In this document: in pieces, positions 34,530 to 46,890 of the stretch | How the letters are laid out: the number at the start of each line of letters is the position of its first letter | Position numbering within the stretch: position 1 is the stretch's first letter | NCBI GenBank assembly: GCA_011109175.1 | Contig: RDEW01000018.1 | Span: forward strand, 78,895-142,894 | Direction of reading: 5' to 3' | Source of the DNA: Dicyema japonicum | Lineage: Eukaryota > Animalia > Dicyemida | Length of the DNA stretch: 64,000 bases | Program-made: the position numbers and the translations under genes | The notes under the pieces: generated by a model | Told to the model about the DNA's origin: nothing | The model's database searches: none | The model's input: the letters and a program-made list of their open reading frames with translations, nothing else

Positions 34530-36812
34530 GGTTGAGCTGGTGACGTGGCTCTTGAACTCAATGTCTGGAAAAAACAGTATCAAGTCATTGGACTTCTCAC
34601 GTTTAACCTCAGGGGACTCTCTAGCGTTTGGAAACGGAAGGAACTGGTCGAGGATCTTTAAAAATACAAGATTTCAATCGCCTGCCTTCAGGAGACCAAA
34701 CTAATCAACGGGATCGAAGAACAACATGGGAACTTTCGACTAATCTTCTTTCCAGGTGGAAACAAGCACTATGGGCTAGGATTTACCGCCAGGAATGATC
34801 TATCCAAGAGAGTCTGCCGATATTACAGTATGAATGATAGAATCGTGGTGTTGCAATTGAAACTGGATGACCTCAACCTGTCGAAGAAATATCTAACTAT
34901 AATAAACGTTTACTCCCCTCACAGTTGATGGCTTAATAAAAACCCTGAGGAGATTGATGACTTTTACATTGGTCTTTCTGTCGTCTTCTCCAAGTATGCT
35001 CTCTCAACATTATTAATGATCGCAGGAGACCTAAATACGAAAGCTGGCACCCAGGTTACGACCGATGAGACATTCATGGGAAGGCATGGTAGGGGGAAAA
35101 GAAATCTCTTGGGAACTCTACTAGCTAACTAATGTCAAACGAACAACCTATTTTTATGCAATACAGCCTTCATGCATCCAGCCAGACATAAATCTACGTG
35201 GTCGGGACACAGAACAAATCCCGAAGGGCGAGTGATAAATATGTACAACCAGATCGATTATATCATAAGCAGGCAAAAAGATCGAGGGATTATACTTGAT
35301 GCACGAGCTTATGGTGGATCGACAGCGACCACAAAATGGTTATTGCTAGAATTTCTCTAAAGAGATTTATGGTACTACAAAGAACTTAATGGAAGCACAT
35401 TGAAACCACAGAACCCAACTATAGACGTTACAACTTTGAATCCTTAATCAGTCAATCAGAAGGGGCCCTAGCATTCAAAGAATATCTGGATGCAGAACTA
35501 GAAAGCATGCCTACAGATTTGCCGCCCGGAAAATCCTGGGATTTTGTAAAGCAGTCAATACAAAAAGGAGCCAATCTGCATCTACTGAAAGAAAATAAGA
35601 AAATCCCATCGCACAATGACATTTACACGGTGAAGGACCGTGCCAATAAACCGAAGACCATATACTATATCAAAATACTGACGATTCGAATGTAAAATCA
35701 AAATTGCGGCTAAAAAGAAAAACTATCAAAGTAAAAATAAGAAAAACTATACGCCAGTATAACAGAAATAGAGAACTGGACCAGATTAAGAAGATAGAAT
35801 CTGTCAAAGACAACGCTAGATTCTATGAGGCTGTAAACAGATAAAAGGAAAGAGACCCCATCAACCGATAATGATAAGAGATGACAAAGGAACGCAGACT
35901 GTGGACCAAAGGGAAGTGGCGGAAATTATCGCTGCCCACTTTGGAAAACTTTTCAATCCAAGGAACGACACTATTATCCTAGAACGAGGAAATTGACGAG
36001 AAATCACACCATATGAAGTTGAACTTGCGAGGTCCAAGTTGAAAAACAACAGGACTCCTGGCCCCAACGGACTCGATGGTGAATTCTTCAAATATAGAAC
36101 TCAAAAGCTGTATGAATGCATCGCTAGGATCCTGAATGAAATGTACAATTATGGTCACACGCTGACCCTGGGAGAGGGTATTTTGATACCTGTACAGAAG
36201 GCGAATAAACAAAGAGCTAAGGTGGAGAATCTCCGTCCAGTCATATTAATGAATTCACTTCGGAAAATTCTGGCGAACATAACATTACAAAGAATGGAAG
36301 GACGCCTAGATACTTTTCTGTCGCTATACCACAGCGGATTCCGAAAAAGGAAATCTATTTCCGATGTTTTGTGGTCTCACAAGTGGAGGTCTGCGGCCGT
36401 TCAAAAGTTCAAATGTCTAAAACCATCTTTGGAATCGACATTTCGAGGGCCTTCGACTCTGTCGACAGACGGAGTCTAATACTGGTTTTGGAAAGTTTCC
36501 TAGACGCTTCCACTGTCAGAATGGCACCACCCTCCTAGCTGATACTTGGCTCCACTGTAAGAGTCGGGGGAGCCTTGTCTCGCCAATTTGAGATGACTGT
36601 TGGCACTCCACAGGAGACCCATTATCACCCATTTTTTTTGTCATATACCTTGAAGCTGCTTTACGGGAGTCAAACGATAATGGTGAAAAGAAAAACATTA
36701 TTTGCGTATGCTGACGAAGGTGGATGAAAATAACCAGTGATTTGCTAACTCGTGTTGCAACATGCTATGTCAGTCATATGACATGGCGATAAGTGCTAAT
36801 AATAATAATAAA
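34530..36812 (+). mobile_element. RTE-like LINE with both ends, deleted after YADD
   Basis: TFNLRGL, CLQETK, AGDLN, NQIDY, RPVILMNSLRK, GFRK, GDPLSP and AYADE, then an abrupt jump to the 3' end and (TAA)n tail. Confidence 0.88.
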
Positions 36813-36829
36813 TTTTAACTACAAAATTA

Positions 36830-37870
36830 TGCCTAGACTATAACTATTCCACTACAAATTTTCAGAACCACTTTAAACTTCTGAAGAGTGGCTTGAAGCA
36901 AATCACCCCTCTCCGTCGAAATTTACCGTCACTGTATTCAGATCCAACCGCCGTCAAATAAATTTCAACAAATTTTAACATGGAAAAACATTCCTGCTAC
37001 GAAAACATCCCAAAAATACTTGGAGTTTATTTTCGACCAACTATTAAACCTTCTCGAAACATGTTGGAGGAACACTGTACATAACTTCTCGCAAGATCAA
37101 TATACTGGAAAGCTGTGTCAGGCCATTCCTTCGTCCAAAGCAAAGAAGCCCTAACCATCATATATAAACAATTCATTCGAACCACAATTAACTATGCAAG
37201 TCCTTGTGGTCAAACTCTGCCTCCCCTAACTTCTATAGACAAACTACAAAAAAGTCCAAAACATCGCGCTCAAAGAATTACTGGATCTCTCAACCCCTAT
37301 TGATCATCTACATTGAATCAAAGATTTTTCCCATTGGAGACCAGCGCTGCATTTCTTCACCCAAGCCTACAGCATAGACCAGTGGTTCTCAACGAGGGGC
37401 GAATCGCCCCTTTTGGGCTTTACTTTCAGGGGGCGATGTAACTCGAAGAGTTCATTGTCATATGATAAATTAAAGACGGATAAATAATCGAGTCTTATAT
37501 TATTTATATTATATTAAAACTATAGCATTTATATTTCAATTAGTGAAATAAGGTGCGAAAAAAAATTTGCGGGGCGATTTAATAAAAGGTTGGCCTAGAC
37601 CATTTCTGTCACTCTCTATGCAAAACTCCAAAACAAAAGAAATATTATTATGAACAACATGTGACCAGTCTCGAATGCTATCATCCATTTCTTCTACCTT
37701 CAATGACTGGAGTGATCTGAAACAGATAACGATTTTTTCTACAAGAAGCATCCAAAAATGGATGATTACACTCTTCACACACTCTTCACCTGACGGCTAT
37801 GTCCCGGGCAAATATTACAGACAGGGTCAAGTATTTCATAAAATGATCAAAAATGTTATTTTTATTTGAT
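36830..37870 (+). mobile_element. Vingi-like 3' portion interrupted by a hAT MITE
   Basis: KILGV-like and YKQFIRTTINYASP motifs. LINE sequence resumes at 37601, matching 16599 onward. Confidence 0.8.
37380..37592. mobile_element. hAT (Charlie-type) MITE, right TIR truncated
   Basis: Begins CAGTGGTTCTCAAC; GGGGCGA(T) subterminal repeats; 8-bp TSD GCATAGAC (37372-37379) and GCCTAGAC (37593-37600). Confidence 0.8.
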
Positions 37871-38019
37871 ATTTAAAAATGTATATTTGCTCTTTAAATT
37901 TTAGCCACTTTTTTTTTTTAACGAAAATTATCCCGTGCATATGTTAACGCCACTTTACTCAAAATTCAAGATAAACCAAGATTTTGTTTAAAAAAATTGT
38001 AAAATCAATAATTAGAAGT

Positions 38020-40400
38020 TCCTCCTTTAATGCAAATAACTGTAAATAGGTTGAAAAGGAGAGGAGATAAAGGGGAATTTTTCAAGACCCATTGGGAAGT
38101 AATCTTGATTTTGAAGCGTTTTGTTAATCCGGACCCTTCCGCGTCGTCCAGTTAAGAAATTTTCCAGCCATAGCTTGATATTCGGATGTAAGTACGAATT
38201 AAAAATCTTATGCGTTAGGAGTTTCAGAATCATAGGCCTTCTGTATGTCGATGGATACTAAGGCCGTCCGTAAATGTGTTCTCATGGTGAAGCCGTCAGT
38301 AATAATTGGGAGATAGAACCCAATGAATCGTTGTAGAACGGTCTGCCTGAAACCATGTTGAAACTCTGGTAGATGTAGAACAGGAGAGATGCGCATTATT
38401 ACAAGCTTTTCAGTACTTTTGATAAACACAAGTTATTGAGATGGGGCAATAAGAAGAGGGACGTCTTTTGGTTTTCTAGGCTTTAGAATTGGGGTAAGTA
38501 GGAAATCTTTCCATATATTTAGGTAGAGCATGGTAGTTGATAGAGTCGTTGTACGGTCTTGATAGTATGGCCCGTGCCTGAGGTCCAAGGTGTTTTGAAG
38601 CGAATAGTGTAAATACCGTCGGGACCGCAAGCATGATTGGGACGTAGCAATTTAATAGCCTTGTCACCATCATGGGGGGTAAAAAAGGTGAATATGGTTC
38701 TTGTTGGCGGGCCGGTGCCGTTCAACATTTGTAGAAATCTTAATGGCTGATCGATACGTAGTAATTCATGAACTTGTTTGCGAATTTGCGAGCGGGTTCC
38801 GAAGCGTTGCGGGAAACGACCTCAGTTCCGCGGTCCTCCTCATTGATAAGGCTATTGATCTTTCTAGCGTTTTCCAAAATTTTTGTGACATAGTCGTCCA
38901 ACTAGGCGCTCCATTTGAGTCTGTTGTTCGAATATGCTCAGATAATTTCGTATTCAGTGAGCGTATAGAATAAAAGGAGTTATTGACTGCGTTCTTCTCC
39001 TTTTCAGCGCATCTCGTTTCTTGATGAGTGACACAATTTGCGATGATAATCATGGATTAAACTTTTTGTAAGAGGCGACAGGTATAAATAGCTTTCAAAT
39101 GATAGCAGACAGAATCTTGGGCGTCTTCCCTACTCTACAATTAACCATAGAAAGGTCAAGGAGACGATCGTCAACATACGCCTTGAAACCTTGCCAGTCA
39201 GCTATCAAGTAATTTTTGAACTTGAGCAAATATGCCTTCTAAGTCTCAGGATGCTTGTGTTTGCGTATTCTAATAAGCGAGATAGCGCTTAGCTTCAATC
39301 CGCACCGCACTTCACCTTTCTTCGAATCGGAAGTCTGTCATATACTATTGGAAAATGGATTCGGTCGGCACAAGCAGATGTTCTTCTTTTGAATTTCTAT
39401 CTTGGATTAACTAGTTATGAATGTTTTTGCTGGGCTTACCAAAAATTATGATTTCAGAATTCAGTAGAAAGAATCAGTCTGGACAGCCTTTTCCGGGATG
39501 AAAACCCCACTGCCCCGCAATCAGAAAGTCATTTACATCCATATATCTGCTTAGTCTTTTGAACATGATACGTGCAATCATTTTGGCGAAAAAGCATATT
39601 AAGGTAATTGGCATATAGCTTTCCGGATGACTTCCCTGGTATTGGAATCATTCTCATGAGAGCTTTCTTCCATTTTAAAAGGAGATGGCCAAAATTGTAA
39701 CAAAGACATCGCAGTTAGTCAACTAAAATATCCGGACCCTTCTTGATAAGCTTCATTGATATGTGGTCATATCCTGAAGCACTCACCTCGCATTCCTTGA
39801 TAGCCGTCATCACTTCCAAGACGCTAACAGTGCCTTCACAACGTGCAGTTCCGCGTGATTATATCAATATATCGGCAGACACCTTCTTTTTGTCATCCGG
39901 AATCAAACTCCATGGATCCACATGAATTTTTTGGAGCTGATCCCTGAATATCAAATTTATTTCCTCCGTCATACATACGTCCGCCCCCGTCTAGTTTATT
40001 ATAATCTTTTTGTCCCGACTTTCGGATATATTATCTTCCGATAACATTTCCAAAAGAAAGATTTTTACATTAATTTTTGCAGCCTCATCCTTCCATATAC
40101 TGCTGATCATTATGCGTTATTTTTGTCAACCCAAAGCCTCAACTTTGTCTTTAGGCAATTCCTCTCACGATTTAACCTCCTGATTATAGGCGAAACAAAA
40201 TAATGAGTATCTTTGGAGAATACACTTCTAGCATAGAGATTCAGATATGTTTGCATGAGGTTCGTGTCTTCTCTACTTGCAGTCTTCTCTACTTTTGTTG
40301 AAAACTCTTTCAGTAGAACATATAAATATTCGACATGAAAACTCTATAGTAGGCCAATCCACATGAGGTATGTTGACTTTCAAAAAACATCGTCCATAAT
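38020..40400 (-). mobile_element. Stacked degenerate APE-type LINE fragments
   Basis: ACGPDGI, IDIQKAYD, ASGYDHISMKLIK and ADWQGF motifs across several frames. Confidence 0.65.
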
Positions 40401-40536
40401 ATAAGACCTCATGCTATAACCAATTCTTGTGGATATGGTCACTCCCGATATCTATTGAGTTTAGGGCCTTCTCACATAGACAGATAGAGCAGTCGATAAT
40501 TATAATAGCACTAGTTTGTCCCCACAATGATAAGAA

Positions 40537-41703
40537 AAGCGCACTCGTGAAGATTGTTCGGGACGACGTATCTGTAAATGTCACGTCCCAAACAAGTGGT
40601 TTCCTGGCCTCAAATGGAAATATGATCATCCCGTCCGGTCGTTTCCCGTTCACTTCTGCATAACCCGACCGGTTCAAGAATGACCGAGTATCCAGCAGCA
40701 TCCATAGCCCACTGACAATTTCATTCAGAGCCTTGTGCCTTGCGAGATCTGCCAGCGCTCCTTGCAGGCGAGAGGGTGCAGGCCTAGCAGTCTATCAGGA
40801 CACCCCATCGGCACGGGTGAGTTACACATACTTTCAGTCCCAGCGCAGAGAGATACCACTTCTAACGCATTCATTATCCAGAAAAGTTCCCAGAGCTCCA
40901 TTTGGGATTGCGTTTAGCCAAACTCTCAAGGGAAGCCCCCGAAAGCAAACAAGCGCGTCTGTGCTGATTGGCCGATTCTAGTAGGAGTCCAAATGATTTC
41001 CAGCACAATAAATTGTCCAGGTTTCACTGGCAGTCTTGTGAATGAGGCAGGGGGAGGTTGGTGGCATTCCAGGCTTCTCGTGCGTGGATTATGTCTTGGT
41101 CAATTGAGAATTCGGGGAGAGTGTAGAATCCTCCTGACTAAAGCTTCGCAGGCAGTGATGAAGACAGATGTGCAGTAAGTGAGGACGTCCAAAGTACGAC
41201 TGATTCCAAGACCCCAAATCTAACTAGACACAGGTCCACGCCGGAACTTATCACGGTTGTAAAATTTAGTCTCTCCGGTTCCCATTCAAAATGACCTCCA
41301 ATTAATTTTTTCAGGTTTTGGATAAGTTTCATCAATAAACATCACGAGATATTTTACAATTGTTTGACATCTTTAAATAAAAAAGTCATCTTTTTTAAAT
41401 CTTATAAAAAATTGATTTTAACGGGTCCTATGGGTAAGTGGAACATAATACCAGGGTCCTCGACATCTTTAGGTAAAAAAAGTTCATCTTTTTTAATATT
41501 TTATATAATTTTAGAATGAAAAATTTATTTTCAAAAGGAAAAAAGAAAATAATTATAAATGTTGATAGAATACATATTCTACTAAATTGAATATATATAT
41601 TCTGTCGATCTATTAAGTAACATTTGTTCTTCAACAAATCTCAATATATTCTCAGATAAAGCGATATATTTAGTTTTTCTAAAAAAATTTTTCTCCATTT
41701 TGT
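40537..41703. repeat. Near-identical duplicate of 26451-27615 (CRE part plus MULE 3' end)
   Basis: Direct comparison shows mostly 1-nt indel differences. Spans the CRE/MULE junction. Confidence 0.92.
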
Positions 41704-41859
41704 CATCCGACTATGGATATGATTCATACAATAATTCTAATAGCCTTCCATCTTGAATTAAGATGGTATACCGCCTCAATGACCGGTTTGAGCAAATACC
41801 AGTTGATTGTGAGGGTTTTTGTTTCAGTTCAAATCACTTTCTTTTTATAGATGAGATGA

Positions 41860-42060
41860 AGATATATGCTCGAACAGCCGAGTATCCTAATGCGAATGCA
41901 CGACACCCTGATAGCTGGGTCAAGTGTGTCTGCTAGGAAGCACGCCATAATAACGACCGGAAAAACACGGGCAACCCACCTAGGCACTATCAGACCTTTT
42001 TGTCTGTTAAGTACAATGGTTGATGATGGTGGGGTAGTAAATGTGAAGGCGTTGATCCAA
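41860..42060 (+). mobile_element. R4/Dong-like fragment
   Basis: Homologous to 25990-26165 (minus). Confidence 0.7.
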
Positions 42061-42699
42061 AATTACTAAATCAAGGTTTGAGGATTTTTATCAAAGAAAG
42101 CTAATCCATTACATGAAGAAGCCTTCTCGAGCATTTGATTCATTAAAGAAGGAAAGAAATTGTTTAAAAAGCCTATAAATTCAATCTTGGGAAACAGGGT
42201 GAGGAATCGAGCCTTGGAGTGAGAGATCAGAAATAAAACCAATATGATACTTGAGAGAGACTAATAAACCCTCATGTCAACCCTAAACAAACAGTCCTCT
42301 TTCACGAGGATGTGATATACTTTTGGGGCTTCACCAACTCTGTAGATCGCCTCCTTGCGAAGACCTAGAAACCAAGAATTTTTTAGAAAAGATCATGAAG
42401 GTTTATTTTTCCGTGAACTTCTTCACCAGAAAATTGAGGGTCCTTCTATTTCTTCCATAAAACCAAAATGGACGAAGAAGAAGAGTAATTTTACATTCTA
42501 TATTTTGTCACTAAATTCCTGCGAATTATTTCTTTACTTTTTATTCCAGACACCAAAAATTCAAAATCTGTTTTTCTGTACAATTCAAATGACAGTATTT
42601 TATACTTCAAATTGTTTTGCACAATCCACGTAGAAAATCGATGCTTGGTGTTGCCACCGCTTGATGGATCGGTCACTACATGGTTCACGTAGGAGAAGA

Positions 42700-45100
42700 A
42701 TGTAAAACATTGGTCGTAGATTATTCTCAGGATTTTAGGAATTTTTGAGATATGGAGGAATTCTCCAAAGATTTTCAGCTCTGGTTTTGTGTTTATCTGG
42801 CGTCGATCAGAGGTGTATACTGTGACGATGGACTTGGAATGAGATAGGTGTTGGTTAATAACCAGGACTCTAGAGAATTCAAGTGTGTTTGAAAGCGGTC
42901 AGAAGCGGGAGTAATGTTTCTATTCCGAACCGCGAGGATCAAATCGTCCGCATAGGATAGGACCAGCTTATCTTCCTGCGGGTATGCGACTCAGGTGGAG
43001 GTTGAACAAGCCGGAGAGGACAGAGTCTTAAGGCACTCCGTTTGGGAAGTAGCGATCACAAGATTTGTTTGACATAAAAAGGTATGTCTCTGCTAGAAAA
43101 AAAATGACCATCTTGAATGCATGGAGAAATACTCTATGCAGTTATCTTGTTGGAAACAACGTGCCGAGAAGTATTGTCGAAAGCCTTAGAAATGTCGATG
43201 GGGGCTAGGACAGTGCGGAGCGGTGGTTTATGATTGTAGAATCCATCCTCAATAAAGTCAGTTTTCTTGGTAAGGTGAGTTGCGGTTGAATGCTTGACGT
43301 GGAAGCCATGCTGGTCAGCTGTGCTGTGGTTGAATGCTTAATGCGGAAGTATTCTCAAGGGATTTTTGATGCAGCACAGAGGATGGAAATTAGTCGAAAG
43401 GATCCTGAGTCATGATGGTCCTTGTTAGGTTTTAGAGTTGGGAATATTGTTGATTGTTTCCAGAGTATAGGCACAAAATCAGAATTCAAGAACGCTTGGT
43501 AGATTTCCGTAAGAGCCCGCAGTCCATTTGGCCCAAGGTTTTTTAGATGATATATGCATTTTTTTGTTTTTTTTTTGTTGGGGAGTTCTTTTCATTCATT
43601 ATCACGGCACTTATATCCAACCATTATATTTTAATTGGAGGAAGACTCTGTGACTGAGGGGGATTCAGTTTGCCGACATGGTTTGCTTTATCCACATTTA
43701 TCTGACAAATATTTTATTGCTTGTTCTTGAAATGATTTGGTATGATGATGCTTGTTTGTTCCAGATTCGTGGGTGGTTGTATGTAGTGTCTGCCCAACGA
43801 AATGGATTTCAGTATGTTCCAAAATTGGTCCGATGATCCAGTATGTTATGCATGTGAGCCACAGGACACCACGCAAAGCAAATGTTTTCCAAAACACTGA
43901 AGAACTTTCTAATATACCGAGACCTTAATGCGCGACACACCGTTTGGCTTTTTTTCCAGTTCTCTGACAACCGAGGCGAGTTGATCAAAAATGGTCTTAT
44001 TGATGTGGTTATCCTGAATGACCCTAATTTACACACAAGAACCCTATATAAGGAGCACTGATAACTTCACATCGCCTAATTTAATCTTATGTTCTCCGTT
44101 ATCATGTTTGCTTTTATGGAATGTGCATTATCGTTTTTTCACCTATCACAATCCTTCTTTATTAAAAGGATTTCGAAGACGCCGGACACAACAGACTGAA
44201 GTGAAAAGATTCAAAAACTATAGGAAGGTTGATTGGTCTGGTTTCAGGTTTTGTTGACAGAATTCAGAACTACATTCGATAGACGAGACCGCGAAAGTTT
44301 TCAATGTGGCCATTCAGAAGGCTGACAGTGTATTTATTTCTCTCTCATCGAAGAACTATCCTGACAAGCAAGTGTCAGACGTTATTATCAGTTAAAGAAC
44401 TCATTGGCTTGCGGGCCTGACAAATTCATCTAAAATACTTACGCCAATTTGCAATTGGTTACATTCAAATATTTAACCTGTCTATTTCAGTCCCATCTCC
44501 CTAACCAAAAATTCTTGAAGAACTGGTATTTCCGTCATTACGCAAGATCTTCCTCGATCTGCATTCCAACACGTCTTGGATGATCACCAGTATGCATTTA
44601 ACTACACTATCTCAATTTATTGTCGATGGATTTAATTATATACCGGCACACATTTGAACCACAGTGGTCTCCGTTGACATAAACAAGGTTATCGACACAC
44701 TCCCGAGGAAACTTCTTATTGGGAAGATTTGTGATTCAAAATTTCATCCAAATCTAAAGCTGTGGTTGGCCAACTTTATCTCTGGACGAACGAAGTGGGA
44801 GAGTCGTCTACGATTACCTCAGATTAATGTCACGATTACTGCCAAACTGAGTACCCCAAGATTCTCTGATTTCTACGACACTTTTCAATCTTTTCCTCCA
44901 CGACCTCCAGATTCCATCAGGTCTGAGAGAAGGATAAAACCCGTTTCGCTTATCCATTTCCAAGACAAAAGAAAACCTTTCTTACAATGATGGGAACGAC
45001 GAGAGACCACAGACGTTAGATGACTCGATCGATTACGAGAACTGGGATTACCTAGCTGTTTTTTTACTTAATTTATTTATTAACTTAACTCATCGTATAA
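42700..45100. mobile_element. Back-to-back Vingi-like fragments (42700-43880 minus; 43890-45100 plus)
   Basis: Minus strand: DISKAFD, SYADDL. Plus strand: RDLNARH, KVDWSGF, VDINKVIDTLPRK. Confidence 0.7.
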
Positions 45101-45392
45101 ATAAATTACTTAAATTGAATTTATTGAACCAGAAAACCACCGTTATTCAGGTAATCACGGCCTCCATCAGCGATCTTGACAACTTTTCCTGGTGTTCAGA
45201 ATGTGTTCTGGCATATTTTCAATAAGGGCGGAGTTCACGCACATTAATCTTAATTGTCCTAGTTGCATTAACCATAGTTTCAAGCTTCTGGGCTGAATTT
45301 TCTTGCAAGAATACTTTCTCATTAATTTAACTGAATATTATTTTCATTAATTTAACTGAATTTTCTTGCAAGAATACTTTCTCATTAATTAA

Positions 45393-46355
45393 CGAACCTG
45401 AAACTTTGGCTTGGAAACTTCCTAAATGGAAGACGAGCACAAGTACTCTGCAACAACATCAAATCAAGATCTCGCTATTTCCCAAATGGAGTTCCTCAAG
45501 GTTCCCCACTATCACCCCAACTCTTCAATCTCTACATAAACGACATGCCACAAACCTGTAATGAAAACTGTCTAATCCTCTCCTATGCCGACGATATCAT
45601 TCTTGCTTCCAAGAACAGAAGCATTCAATCAGCGACTCAGTTGGCTCAACAAATGCTTGACAACTTGGAACTATGGCTCTCGAAGCGGAGACTTGACACA
45701 TCAGCAGCAAAGTCCTTTGTCACACTGTTTACCACCTACAAGAGACAGCTCTGTATCGAACCAAAAGTCTTTATGAAGAACGAAGCTATCTCTATTAACA
45801 AAACACCGAAGATTCTGGAAGTAACCTTTGATCAGGGACTCACCTTTATCCGGCATGTTGAAAACAGAGTAACTTCTGCTCTGAAAAAAATGAGAATTTT
45901 AAAAGTGCTCTCAAAAACACTTAGAGATCAAACTGGGATCCTTGCCACGATTTACAAACAATTTATCCGACCAACGATGACGTATGCAAGTCCTTCATGG
46001 GCAATGCAAATGTCACGATCTTCCACATTGAAATTATCTGCAATCGAGGAGACTGCAATAAGGTTAATTGGACCAGATCACAATATCCAACCTATTGAAA
46101 ATTTTTTAATTGAACTACAACGGAAATTATTAAAGGAGGCTGTTCTACCAAGCTGCCCTCTATTCCAAATACTATCGAATTATCTACAATCATACAGAAA
46201 TTTTGAGCCGAAGCCATGTCCAATGAGAAGAGCTGTTCAGGATTCTCGACCCCGCCGGACTCGTCCTCACCTTTGTCGGTCTGGGATCACTTAGTTAGAT
46301 GAGAACTTTTATTTCTTTCTCTTTGACCCAGTGATCCTGAGGGTAATAATAATAA
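45393..46355 (+). mobile_element. 5'-truncated copy of the 17685-20490 Vingi-like family
   Basis: Near-identical to 17690-18647 (reverse). (TAA)n tail. TAACTGAATATTAT at 45328-45341 and 46356-46369. Confidence 0.92.
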
Positions 46356-46547
46356 TAACTGAATATTATGGATCTTGGTCAGGTTAGTTGCGGCAAGGTT
46401 TGTACTTTGAGCAGCACATGAATATTAATTATGTACTGCTTGTAGTAGGGATCCAATCTATTTAGGTCTTTGGAGTCTCTGAGATTTCCCAGAAAAAGCT
46501 TCATGAAGTTAATCTTCATCTTACAAGCCTTTGCTTTTATTTATTAA

Positions 46548-46890
46548 CCCCGGATACACCGAGAAAGAAGAATTGCAATTTAACCGCGTGGCGCTCTGTG
46601 GTGCTTCGTGGCTAATTGGTTGAAGTTTCTGTTTGTTCGTCTGTCCCTCCTCTCTCTTTCTATTAGAGTGGCGTCATGTGATCCGCCTGTTTAGGTGGCG
46701 CCCAGTGCCAGGCCGGCACGGAAAAGGATCATTTGCTCTCCCCACTCCACTGGAAGGGTTTCCACAACTGCAAGTATGAACGTCTTTTACCCTTTATGTT
46801 GATTTCGGATGGACTCTGTTTCTGTAGAAGTAGAAACTGGATACACTTAATTAGTTGTTTACTTTAACTTCTTTCTCGGTGTATCCGGGG
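46548..46890 (+). mobile_element. SINE-like retroposon copy 2 with an inverted duplicate of its 3' end
   Basis: Body homologous to 2172-2475 (reverse). Perfect 23-bp inverted repeat at 46548-46570 and 46868-46890, with TTAA outside both. Confidence 0.85.
46670..46732 (+). ncRNA. Candidate structured RNA with HDV-like nested double-pseudoknot topology
   Basis: P1 GGCGTC/GGCGCC, P2 GTGATCC/GGATCAT, P3 GCC/GGT, P1.1 TG/CA, P4 GTGCC/GGCAC. Compensatory changes in copies at 2334-2396 and 52791-52858. Folded by eye only. Confidence 0.5.

Noticed and set aside
34536-34550. GCT GGT GAC GTG read as the AGDV start of a 2A motif in RTE
   Set aside because: No ExNPGP follows, a TGA precedes it, and the frame is not conserved in the 22484-22500 copy.
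45140-45290. Retropepsin-like KVVKIADGG fragment (LTR element)
   Set aside because: No intact D(S/T)G motif and no LTR, RT or integrase nearby.
46695-46712. TGGCGCCCA as a tRNA-Lys primer-binding site or CTCF site
   Set aside because: No preceding LTR ending in CA, only a partial match, and better explained as the P1' strand.
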